Shown here one piece after another: positions 37,153 to 45,318 of a stretch of DNA of 54,038 bases (positions are counted from its first letter, which is position 1; each line of letters opens with the position of its first letter). The position numbers were made by a program, and so were the translations under genes. The stretch is from the NCBI GenBank assembly GCA_009787645.1, contig WQSZ01000001.1, positions 7,145 through 61,182 on the forward strand. Reading direction: 5' to 3'. The notes below the pieces were generated by a model that made no database searches, was not told the origin of the DNA, and worked only from the letters and a program-made list of their open reading frames with translations. Source of the stretch: Candidatus Fibrimonadales bacterium. GTDB lineage: Bacteria; Fibrobacterota; Fibrobacteria; Fibrobacterales; Fibrobacteraceae.

Positions 37153-37823
37153 GAAATTCTTTTTTTGAGTGGATGCAGCAAAAGAGAAATAAAAAAGTTC
37201 GCATAGTGGGCAGCAATTTCATGAAGCACCCAAGCGGTGACATAGATTTTGTCAAAATCAAAAAGAACGAGATAGTGCTCGGATTGAACGAGATGAGTTT
37301 ATGTGGCGCAGATTCCCCATTGCCGGACAATTTTTTGAGAGGCATAAGATGTGAAAATGAAAGCTCGGTTGTTTTAGCCGAGTTTTTGAATATGTTCCAG
37401 CATCACTTGGCAATGCTCAGATTCAGCGCATTTTTGGCAAAGAGGGGAGACAAAAATCGCATTGCATTATATAACGAAAAATTCTCACCGGAATTTCTGA
37501 GAAGTTTCTTTGCAAAGATGTTCCCCGCTTGCAAAGTGCAAGTCCATTGCTTTGAGCCGCTGAAAATTAAAAATCCCTCTCCGATTATTTTAGGCAAAAG
37601 CGGAAAAATCCTGGGAAACACCTGTACAACCATAACAGCGGCCATGCGTGTAGATATAGATGGAATTCCATTAGAGCAAAGCCGTGAATTAAAAAGGAAT
37701 TTCATAAAAGAAAAGTTTCCGTTCAAAATTAAAATGTGTTTCAGAACAAAAATTCAAAAAAACGAAGGTTTCCACTTGGGAACCAAAAACTTAGAAGACT
37801 TCAAATGGGAGAAATGGCTATGA
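37143..37823 (+). CDS. tssG: TssG-like (T6SS baseplate wedge) protein, shortened
   Basis: 226 aa. LGLNEMSLCGADSPLPDNFLRGI...LAEFLNMFQHHLAMLRFSAFLAKR parallels the TssG core (GLxGxxGPLPxxxTE...FLDxFxHRxxSLFYRAW). Overlaps the TssF-like gene by 10 nt. Confidence 0.6.
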   Translation: MGIRNSFFEWMQQKRNKKVRIVGSNFMKHPSGDIDFVKIKKNEIVLGLNEMSLCGADSPLPDNFLRGIRCENESSVVLAEFLNMFQHHLAMLRFSAFLAKRGDKNRIALYNEKFSPEFLRSFFAKMFPACKVQVHCFEPLKIKNPSPIILGKSGKILGNTCTTITAAMRVDIDGIPLEQSRELKRNFIKEKFPFKIKMCFRTKIQKNEGFHLGTKNLEDFKWEKWL

Positions 37824-38359
37824 AAAAAATCCTGAAAATTCAGATAATTCTGCAAATTCTGGTCCAGACAAGCTGCATGCAGTTAGAGTACGCAGAAATG
37901 CTTAAGGTTATGGAAGACCCTTCTTCCAGCTCTGTTACGGTGGCAGAGGGCCCAACATTGCAAATGGGCGAGCATGAGCTTGCTCACAGAGGCATTAGCT
38001 ATTACGAGGCTATCCTCATAAGCAATAAAATGTCTCTAGAAGAAGGCTTGGATACTCTTTATCAATACGATGCTCCGGTGTTCACGGAAGATTCTCTTTT
38101 TTGGCTGCCCAATATTCGGGTGTTGGAAGAGCGTTCCGGCTACAGGTTGCCTACAAAAGATGAGTGGCTTGCAGCCGAAGTTGAAAAGCAGGATGCAAAT
38201 GTGGGGGAGTGGCTTTATGGAGAGGCTCATTCTCAATACGCAGTTTTTGAGCTAGCGCCGAATTTCGTTAAGGCTGTTGGCTTGTACAGAGAGCGGTCGG
38301 GTTATCCGGTGTATGGGATGCGTGTGGTGAAAGTGTTTTTGTATATTAACAGAGATTAA
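37820..38359 (+). CDS. FGE-sulfatase (SUMF1/GldK-like) domain protein
   Basis: ISYYEAILISNKMS..GYRLPTKDEWLAAE..VGEWLYGE..GMRVVKV fits the FGE/SUMF1 fold motifs. The start is uncertain: ATGA-coupled ATG at 37820 (hydrophobic leader ending QTSC) or an in-frame ATG near 37910. Confidence 0.5.
   Translation: MKKILKIQIILQILVQTSCMQLEYAEMLKVMEDPSSSSVTVAEGPTLQMGEHELAHRGISYYEAILISNKMSLEEGLDTLYQYDAPVFTEDSLFWLPNIRVLEERSGYRLPTKDEWLAAEVEKQDANVGEWLYGEAHSQYAVFELAPNFVKAVGLYRERSGYPVYGMRVVKVFLYINRD
37824..37870 (+). repeat. Copy B of the 47-nt imperfect direct repeat
   Basis: The sequence is aaaaaatcctgaaaattcagataattctgcaaattctggtccagaca. It matches copy A at 39 of 47 positions by my count and is read in a different frame (KILKIQIILQILVQT). 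Confidence 0.8.
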
Positions 38360-38371
38360 GAAGGAGTGATA

Positions 38372-38827
38372 ATGTGCAAGGTTTTTGATGTTGCCAAGTA
38401 TATTCTGTCGGAGATAGGTGAGGTTTCCACTATGAAGCTTCAGAAGCTCTGCTATTATTCTTTGGTCGAAGGACTTGTTTCTCCGCAACAGGTTGCTATT
38501 TTCCCCAATAAATTTAGCGCGTGGGCTAATGGGCCTGTATGCCGTGATTTGTGGAATGTTCACCAAGGCTTATTTTATGTGGATAAAAAGATTATTCCAA
38601 AGTCATTGCTCTCCAGAAAAGAACTTCCGCTTATGTATAAAAAATATATTAATGCGGCATTGGAAAAGTATGGGAAAATGACAGGCACAGAGCTTAGCGA
38701 GTTGACCCACAAGGAAAAGCCGTGGATAGATGCGATTCAAGATGTGAACACATCAAAGAATTCTAACCGAGTGCTTTCCAATAAGGTTATTATTGAATTT
38801 TACAGGAAAAAACGACGTTATGTCTAA
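38372..38827 (+). CDS. Panacea/DUF4065 (SocA-like) antitoxin
   Basis: VFDVAKYILSEIGEVSTMKLQKLCYYSLVEG...FSAWANGPVCRDLW is the DUF4065 signature. The ATG at 38372 lies 5 nt after the AAGGAG at 38361-38366. Confidence 0.7.
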   Translation: MCKVFDVAKYILSEIGEVSTMKLQKLCYYSLVEGLVSPQQVAIFPNKFSAWANGPVCRDLWNVHQGLFYVDKKIIPKSLLSRKELPLMYKKYINAALEKYGKMTGTELSELTHKEKPWIDAIQDVNTSKNSNRVLSNKVIIEFYRKKRRYV

Positions 38828-39242
38828 ATTTAAATGGCGCATTGATAGCGAAAATTATTTGTCCAACAATTCCAAGCAAGCAGACAAGATGATGTTGAAA
38901 CATTTTGTTGAGACTGTTTGTTGCAGTTTGGATGAGTATTGTGAAAAATACACGCTTGAAGATGCGAAAGCCGGTAAGATAAAGTATTGTCATTCGTGCT
39001 CTGGGCTTAGAAATAGAAATAGTTCTTCTGCGAAAAAATTGTACGGACATATGCAAGAGATAAACACAAGGCTCGGCAATAAGCCTGAACCTGCTCAAAT
39101 CTGCGAAAATGACATTTATCAATTCAAAATAAAAGAATTTGAAGGCAAGAGCGGATACAGGTGCTTTGGATATTTTTTGCCAGGCGATGTTTTGTTTAAC
39201 TTGATTTATCTAGACCCGGATCATGAGGTTTACAAGGAGTAG
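38820..39242 (+). CDS. Candidate toxin partner of the Panacea antitoxin (unclassified)
   Basis: 140 aa. The ATG at 38820 overlaps the upstream stop (ATGTCTAA). The C-terminal GYRCFGYFLPGDVLFNLIYLDPDHEVY is reminiscent of a RelE/ParE-type C-terminus. No firm family. Confidence 0.4.
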   Translation: MSKFKWRIDSENYLSNNSKQADKMMLKHFVETVCCSLDEYCEKYTLEDAKAGKIKYCHSCSGLRNRNSSSAKKLYGHMQEINTRLGNKPEPAQICENDIYQFKIKEFEGKSGYRCFGYFLPGDVLFNLIYLDPDHEVYKE

Positions 39243-39266
39243 GAAACTTTTTTCTAAATTATAGCC

Positions 39267-39662
39267 ATGGATTTTATAAAAGCGTTATTGCCTAAATTCA
39301 TTCAATATTTTTTTGTTGGGTTGTTTTGTGCCATTGTGAATTGGTGCATGTTTTATATTTTCAACTATAAGCTTCATATTGCTTATCTGCCTGCGGCTAT
39401 AGCAGCCTTTTTTATCAGTGCGACCGTGAATTTCTTTTTGTGCAAAATAGTGTTTAAGTCCAAGGAGGGCAGGAAAAAGATTACGGAATATGTTATGGTT
39501 GTTCTGGTTGGGGCAATAGGATTGTCCATAGACTTAGGCATAATGACCTTATGCATTGAATTTTTCAAGTTTCCGAATATGTTTGCCAAAATCACCGGCA
39601 CAGGAGTTGCCTTTATTTTTAACTACATAAGCAAGCAATTTTATATATTTTCCCCTAAGTGA
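39267..39662 (+). CDS. gtrA: GtrA family membrane protein
   Basis: 131 aa with 4 TM helices; FIQYFFVGLFCAIVNWCMFYIF.. is typical of GtrA. Confidence 0.8.
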   Translation: MDFIKALLPKFIQYFFVGLFCAIVNWCMFYIFNYKLHIAYLPAAIAAFFISATVNFFLCKIVFKSKEGRKKITEYVMVVLVGAIGLSIDLGIMTLCIEFFKFPNMFAKITGTGVAFIFNYISKQFYIFSPK

Positions 39663-39663
39663 A
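39631..39663 (+). repeat. Copy 1 of a 33-nt direct repeat (authentic 3' end of gtrA plus GTGA junction)
   Basis: The sequence is gcaagcaattttatatattttcccctaagtgaa. Confidence 0.85.
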
Positions 39664-41239
39664 TAGAGACTTTGACATAACTGTTCCCGCAGGGCTCACA
39701 TCTGAAGTTCCAACCTTCAATTGGCTGCATGGTTATGAAATAACAGAAGAATTATTAGCAAAATGTTCTGCTCTGTATTCAAAACATTATGGCTTATGGA
39801 GTGAACACGATCCGCAAAAACGAATTGGCAACATAAAGCTTTCAGTGAGTAGAATAAAAAAATGGGTTGAGTCAAAAAATGCAAAAATAGCATATTGTGA
39901 GAATAAAGATTGTGAACTTTTAGGATATGCTTTTTGCATTCAGGAGAATATAACTAATATTGGCTATATTTCTTGGGTTACACAATTAGTGGTTCATAAA
40001 GATTACAGAAATAAAGATATTGCCAAGCGTATGTTATTTTATATTTGGAATTTCGCAGATCATAAATGCTGGGGGTTGCTCACTGCGAATCCATATGCTG
40101 TACGGGCACTGGAAAAAGCAACTCGCAGGCGAGTATATCCGGCTAGAATTCAGAAAAATGCAGAAGAAGTATTCGCCTTTGGTAAAGAAAATGTGTCTTA
40201 TTTGGAAGATGTTACTCCGCCAATTGTCAATAATGAAGCCTCTAAAATAAACACAAAATTCTTTGTAAATCATTCCGATGTTCCTGAAATGATGAGTAAA
40301 TCATCAAAAGATGAGGCTTGGTTGCTAGGTTCTCTGGAAGAAGGCTGGGAATGGTTTGCATTTACTTTTTCAGACCAAAATACTATACCGCTTTCAGAAA
40401 AAGATATTGCGGAAATGCTGAAAATTTCTGATCAGATTACGCAAAGGGCGTACTCTAAAATGCAATTTGATTCTCATAAATGGGCAGGAAAAACCGATTA
40501 TGAAATAGATTATATTTTTAAAAAAATTAAAGTAAATTCTACGGATAAAATATTAGATGTTGGCTGCGCTACCGGACGTCACACAGCAAGATTGACAGAA
40601 CTTGGCTATAAGGCTTATGGAATTGATTATTCTCAGAAATTAATTGACATGGCAAAAAAGAAATACCCTGATATAAGTTTTAATGTTGCTGATTTTCGTA
40701 ATGAAAAGGATACGAAGGATATAGGAAAATTTGATTTAATTTTATTGCTATATGATGTATTTGGCAGTTTTGTTAGCACAGAAGATGATGGCAAAATGAT
40801 AAAACAGGTTTATTCTCATTTAAATTCAAATGGGTTTGCCGTAATATCCGTGATGAATTTACAATATATTCTAGCAAAAGGCGTTAAATCATTTTCTTTT
40901 AAGAATGAACCTGATAAAATCTATGAAATACCGTTGTCAGATGCTATGAGTAAAACTGGCGAAGTATTTAATGTTAATAATATTCTTTTAGATGCGGAAG
41001 AAAAAATTGTTTATCGTAGAGAGATATTTAGAGATGCTAAAAATCCATCTCAAATACCGGAAGAATTATTGGTTAGAGACAGGCGTTATTTGAAAGCAGA
41101 GATTGAGAATATGTTTAAAAGTCATTTTGAAATTGTAGAGAGTAAGTATGTTCGAGTTGGAGACTGGGAAAGCTGTGGAGAATCTGATGATTGCAAGGAA
41201 ATTTTATTGATTATCAGGAAAAGCTTGCTGGAGCAGTAG
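39659..41239 (+). CDS. GNAT acetyltransferase / class I SAM-methyltransferase fusion protein
   Basis: 526 aa with a GTGA-coupled start. The GNAT core is VTQLVVHKDYRNKDIAKRML. The methyltransferase motif I is ILDVGCATGRHTARL. Confidence 0.65.
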   Translation: MNRDFDITVPAGLTSEVPTFNWLHGYEITEELLAKCSALYSKHYGLWSEHDPQKRIGNIKLSVSRIKKWVESKNAKIAYCENKDCELLGYAFCIQENITNIGYISWVTQLVVHKDYRNKDIAKRMLFYIWNFADHKCWGLLTANPYAVRALEKATRRRVYPARIQKNAEEVFAFGKENVSYLEDVTPPIVNNEASKINTKFFVNHSDVPEMMSKSSKDEAWLLGSLEEGWEWFAFTFSDQNTIPLSEKDIAEMLKISDQITQRAYSKMQFDSHKWAGKTDYEIDYIFKKIKVNSTDKILDVGCATGRHTARLTELGYKAYGIDYSQKLIDMAKKKYPDISFNVADFRNEKDTKDIGKFDLILLLYDVFGSFVSTEDDGKMIKQVYSHLNSNGFAVISVMNLQYILAKGVKSFSFKNEPDKIYEIPLSDAMSKTGEVFNVNNILLDAEEKIVYRREIFRDAKNPSQIPEELLVRDRRYLKAEIENMFKSHFEIVESKYVRVGDWESCGESDDCKEILLIIRKSLLEQ

Positions 41240-41245
41240 GCTTGG

Positions 41246-41278
41246 GCAAGCAATTTTATATATTTTCTTATAAGTGAA
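41246..41278 (+). repeat. Copy 2 of the 33-nt direct repeat (relic gtrA 3' end in front of the oxidoreductase gene)
   Basis: The sequence is gcaagcaattttatatattttcttataagtgaa, identical to copy 1 at 30 of 33 positions. It would encode [10 protein letters not shown] against gtrA's SKQFYIFSPK*. Confidence 0.85.
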
Positions 41279-42659
41279 AAAGACTGCGTTAATTATAGGT
41301 GCCGGTCCGGCAGGGCTTACTGCGGCTTTGGAATTCTTGCAAAAGGGCGAAATTCATCCTATTATTGTAGAACAGGAGAGCTTTGTTGGCGGAATAAGCC
41401 GCACGGCAGAATATAACGGCAACCGAATGGATATTGGCGGCCACAGGTTTTTCAGCAAAAACGACTGGGTTATGAACTGGTGGAAAAATATATGCAGTGA
41501 TATGATGCTTCGCCCACGCCTTTCCCGCATTCTCTATTTGCGCAAGTTCTTTGACTATCCGGTTTCGCTAAATATGAACACAATAAAAGGGCTCGGACTT
41601 TGGCGCATGGCAAAAATTGGGTGCAGCTATCTAAAAGCCGGTCTTTTTCAAATTAAGCCGGAAAAAACATTACAGGACTTTATGCTGAATCGCTTTGGCA
41701 AAGAGCTGTATTTGACATTTTTCAAAGATTACACGGAAAAAGTTTGGGGCATTCCATGCGAGCAAATAAGCGCAGAGTGGGGTGCGCAGAGAATAAAGGG
41801 CCTGAGCATTGCAAAGGCACTCAAACACGCTCTTTTTAAAAATTCCAAAGAAACGAGCTTGATAGATGAATTCTTATATCCAAAGCTGGGTCCCGGAGCC
41901 TTGTGGCAAAATGCGGCTGATAAGGTTTTGGAGATGGGCGGGGAGATTTTGTTTGATAGCAAGGTTGTTAAAGTTGAGAGTGGAGAGTTGAAAGTTGAAA
42001 GTGGAAGAACTTTTAAGTTTGATTATGTTTTGAGCTCTATGCCTGTTCGGGATTTGGTTTGCGCAATGGATGGCGCTCCTCAGAATATTAAGGAAATTGC
42101 TGAGGGCTTGATGTACAGGGATTTTATTACGGTTGGTGTGCTTTTGGATAAATTGGAAGTTGGCAATATTAAGGATAACTGGATTTATGTTCAGGAGAGC
42201 GATGTTAAGGTAGGCCGTTTGCAGATTTTCAATAATTGGAGCGAGCATTTGGTTAAGGAGCCGGGCAAGGTTTGGATTGGCATGGAGTATTTTGCCAATG
42301 AAGGCGATGATTTGTGGGAGATGAGCGAGAGGGTTTTCAAAAAATTGGCCATAAGCGAGCTTGAACAAATAGGCATCGCAAAGAAGGAAAGTGTTTTGGA
42401 TAGCGTTGTGCTTAAAGTTCCCAAGGCTTATCCGGCATATTTTGGCACTTACAATAAATTCGGTGAGCTAAGGGCTTGGCTTGATGGCATTGATAATTTA
42501 TTCTTAATCGGGCGCAACGGAATGCACAAGTACAACAATATGGATCACTCAATGCTTAGCGCAATGGAAGCGGTGAAGGCCATTCACAGCGGCTCAGCGG
42601 ATAAGTCTGTGGTTTGGAATGTGAACAGCGAAGAAGATTACCACGAGAGCAAGAGCTAA
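41274..42659 (+). CDS. NAD(P)/FAD-dependent oxidoreductase (amine-oxidase/HemY-like fold)
   Basis: 461 aa with a GTG start and the dinucleotide motif [15 protein letters not shown]...VGGISR. Confidence 0.75.
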   Translation: MKKTALIIGAGPAGLTAALEFLQKGEIHPIIVEQESFVGGISRTAEYNGNRMDIGGHRFFSKNDWVMNWWKNICSDMMLRPRLSRILYLRKFFDYPVSLNMNTIKGLGLWRMAKIGCSYLKAGLFQIKPEKTLQDFMLNRFGKELYLTFFKDYTEKVWGIPCEQISAEWGAQRIKGLSIAKALKHALFKNSKETSLIDEFLYPKLGPGALWQNAADKVLEMGGEILFDSKVVKVESGELKVESGRTFKFDYVLSSMPVRDLVCAMDGAPQNIKEIAEGLMYRDFITVGVLLDKLEVGNIKDNWIYVQESDVKVGRLQIFNNWSEHLVKEPGKVWIGMEYFANEGDDLWEMSERVFKKLAISELEQIGIAKKESVLDSVVLKVPKAYPAYFGTYNKFGELRAWLDGIDNLFLIGRNGMHKYNNMDHSMLSAMEAVKAIHSGSADKSVVWNVNSEEDYHESKS

Positions 42660-43576
42660 TGCTATCCATTATTGTGCCATGCTTAAACGAAGAAGCCAGC
42701 ATACCTTTGTTTTATGAAGAAATGCTTAAAATGCTTGCGCAGTTGAACGCGCAAGCAGAGTTTATATTTGTGGATGACGGTTCAAAAGACAACACATTGA
42801 GTGTTTTGCGCGAGATTGCCGAAAAAGATGAGTGCGTGCATTACATTTCTCTTTCTCGCAATTTTGGCAAAGAAGCTGCTATGCTTGCCGGTTTGCATAA
42901 AGCTTGCGGGCAATTTGCAGTGACTATGGATGCGGATATGCAAGACCCTCCGTCTCTTATTCCTCAAATGCTTGAAGCGGTTGCTTCGGGAGAATATGAT
43001 TGCGCTGGTACTAGGCGAGTGAGCCGCAAGGGTGAGCCGTTTATCCGTTCATTTTTTGCGCGACGTTTTTATGCGGTTATGAAACTGTTCTCAGATATAG
43101 AAATTGTGGATGGCGCTCGGGATTTTCGCTTGATGAACAAAGCTTATTTAGATGCGTTGCTGACTTTGCAGGAGAGGAATAGGTTTTCAAAAGGAATTTT
43201 TCCGTGGCTTGGCTTTAAAACAAAGTGGTTTGAATACGAAAATGTTGAGCGAACAGCAGGCCACACAAAATGGTCTTTTTGGAACTTGCTCTGGTATTCT
43301 TTTGACGGTATTGTGGCATTTTCTTCAAAGCCTCTTGCCATAGCCTCTATTTTGGGAATTCTGCTATTCCTTGTTTCAATTTCGCTTATTATATTTATAG
43401 TTGTTCGCAAGATAATGTGGGGAGATCCTGTTGATGGCTGGGCATCGACTATCTGCATAATTCTTTTTTGCTCCGGAGTTCAGCTTTTTTCCGTTGGCGT
43501 ATTGGGGCAATATATGGCAAAAACCTATACGGAAGTTAAGTGCCGCCCAAATTATTTGATAAGAGAACAGCAATGA
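42659..43576 (+). CDS. gtrB: GtrB/ArnC-like polyprenyl-phosphate glycosyltransferase (GT2)
   Basis: Start taken at the TAATG-coupled ATG at 42659 ([12 protein letters not shown]...). Has FVDDGSKDNT, MDADMQDPP and two C-terminal TM helices. Confidence 0.85.
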   Translation: MLSIIVPCLNEEASIPLFYEEMLKMLAQLNAQAEFIFVDDGSKDNTLSVLREIAEKDECVHYISLSRNFGKEAAMLAGLHKACGQFAVTMDADMQDPPSLIPQMLEAVASGEYDCAGTRRVSRKGEPFIRSFFARRFYAVMKLFSDIEIVDGARDFRLMNKAYLDALLTLQERNRFSKGIFPWLGFKTKWFEYENVERTAGHTKWSFWNLLWYSFDGIVAFSSKPLAIASILGILLFLVSISLIIFIVVRKIMWGDPVDGWASTICIILFCSGVQLFSVGVLGQYMAKTYTEVKCRPNYLIREQQ

Positions 43577-45318
43577 AAAGAATCCTGCGTGAGCCTTTGC
43601 TTTATTTATTGCCGTTGCTTGCGCTCATTTATATAATCATTGCTCCTCGCATGGATATTTCCGATATAAAGTCAACAAGAGGCAGCTCAACAGAAAATAT
43701 AAAGCTTCCATACTCGGCCGAAATGCCGCAAGGCGAAATTTTTTATATATCCTTTAATTTATTGAACAAAAACAATTCTGTAAAATTAAATATAATTCCA
43801 GATAACTGCATACAGGAAATTCTGATTAACGGAGAAAAATTCCCTTTAGATGGCATTGACGGGATTTGTGATTACCACAAGGGAGTTCATTTTGATTTTT
43901 CGAAATACGTTAAAAAAGGGATGAATCATTTTGAATTTCGCATGCAAAATCACACTGGGCCCGGAGGAATGCGGATTGGAATGCCTTATACTGGAGCTAG
44001 GTCGCTTTCTTTTGCGCACTATGTTTTTGCTTTGCTTTTGCTGCTTGCGATAGCTTTAATTTTAAGAAAATTTGAATTTAAATTCGTAGCCATTTCTATA
44101 ATATTGCTCGGAATACTTGCTCGCTTAATAGTATATACATACACAGGCCCTGCGCAAAACTCTTACGACACTTATGGGCATTTAGACTACATTCAAATAA
44201 TTGCCGAAGAAAAACGCTTGCCCAAAGGCAATGAATGCTGGCAATGCTATCAACCACCTTTGTATTATATTGCTTTTGCTGTTGTAAAAAATGCCGCAGA
44301 CTGGTATGAGCCTAGCCTAACTAACAGAATTATGCAACAGTGCAACCTATTGCTTTCTTTTATGTGCGTTGCTTTTGGCGTAGCGTTAATCCTGAATTTG
44401 CTAGGCAACAATACAAGAGCGCATCTAATAGCTACTGTTTCGGTTCTTTGGCCGGGTTTTGCATTGGTAGCACCCCATATAAGCAATGACATTCTATTTT
44501 ACACGACCTCTTTGTTCTGCATGCTATTTGCGCAAAGATATTGGCGAACGCATAAAAGCTCGGATATGCTGCTTGCTTCAATTGGGGCTGCCATTGCTTT
44601 GGCTGCAAAATCTAATGGTTTAGTTATTTTAGCCGCTTGGGCCATAATTTATATTGCATGCGCAATGCGTTCTCTGAAAATAGGTTCTCTGCGAGCGTTG
44701 CTCGCTTCCGTATTAATAGTAGCGCTGTCCATCGGGCTTTCACACCATAAAATGGTTGTGAATTTATTTGTCAATAAGAATTTAAACTTGGTTGATAATA
44801 TCGGGGGCATGCCTGATTTCCTGAAAGTTGAGAATAAAGCGGGCAATTATTTATATTTTGACCTGAAAGATTATCTGCTTACACCCTACGCAGATCCTTA
44901 CAATGACAAAGGCGGCAGGCATTATTTTTGGAATTATGCGCTGAAAACATCATTGTTTGGGGAATATAAGCAATGGGATTCGCCGGTTGGGCATATATTT
45001 GCAACGGCATTAAGCGTTCTTGCCCTGCTTATATTTATATTCGCTTTATGGGGAGTAATGCATGCAAGATTCAAAGATTTTCCTCCAATGATTTTTGCGA
45101 TATTTTTATTTGCAGCGCTTATTTATTTCAGGATTAGCTATCCCTATACTTCTTCCGGCTGTTTCCGTTATATTTATCCGGCGGTATTTCCTCTTGTGTA
45201 TTTTTCCGTGTGCGGAGTGCAAATTTTGGAAAAACCCCGTATGAGAAGATTTTCTTATGCGGCTATTGTTGCATTCTTCTGCCTGTCGTTTTTATTCATT
45301 CTCGGTATGTGGTTTTAG
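43573..45318 (+). CDS. GT-C fold (ArnT/PMT_2-like) membrane glycosyltransferase with N-terminal periplasmic domain, paralog 1
   Basis: ATGA-coupled to gtrB. Layout is TM1, a ~125-aa soluble domain (IKLPYS...IIPDNCIQEILINGEKFPLDGIDGICDY), then a multi-TM core with the YDTYGHLDY..YQPPLYY loop. Confidence 0.6.
   Translation: MKRILREPLLYLLPLLALIYIIIAPRMDISDIKSTRGSSTENIKLPYSAEMPQGEIFYISFNLLNKNNSVKLNIIPDNCIQEILINGEKFPLDGIDGICDYHKGVHFDFSKYVKKGMNHFEFRMQNHTGPGGMRIGMPYTGARSLSFAHYVFALLLLLAIALILRKFEFKFVAISIILLGILARLIVYTYTGPAQNSYDTYGHLDYIQIIAEEKRLPKGNECWQCYQPPLYYIAFAVVKNAADWYEPSLTNRIMQQCNLLLSFMCVAFGVALILNLLGNNTRAHLIATVSVLWPGFALVAPHISNDILFYTTSLFCMLFAQRYWRTHKSSDMLLASIGAAIALAAKSNGLVILAAWAIIYIACAMRSLKIGSLRALLASVLIVALSIGLSHHKMVVNLFVNKNLNLVDNIGGMPDFLKVENKAGNYLYFDLKDYLLTPYADPYNDKGGRHYFWNYALKTSLFGEYKQWDSPVGHIFATALSVLALLIFIFALWGVMHARFKDFPPMIFAIFLFAALIYFRISYPYTSSGCFRYIYPAVFPLVYFSVCGVQILEKPRMRRFSYAAIVAFFCLSFLFILGMWF

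Noticed and set aside
35710-37870. Possibility that the 9-nt tandem units form a CRISPR-like array.
   Set aside because: The units are only 9 nt long and directly adjacent without spacers. There are four per locus, both loci lie inside coding sequence, and no cas genes are present in the window.
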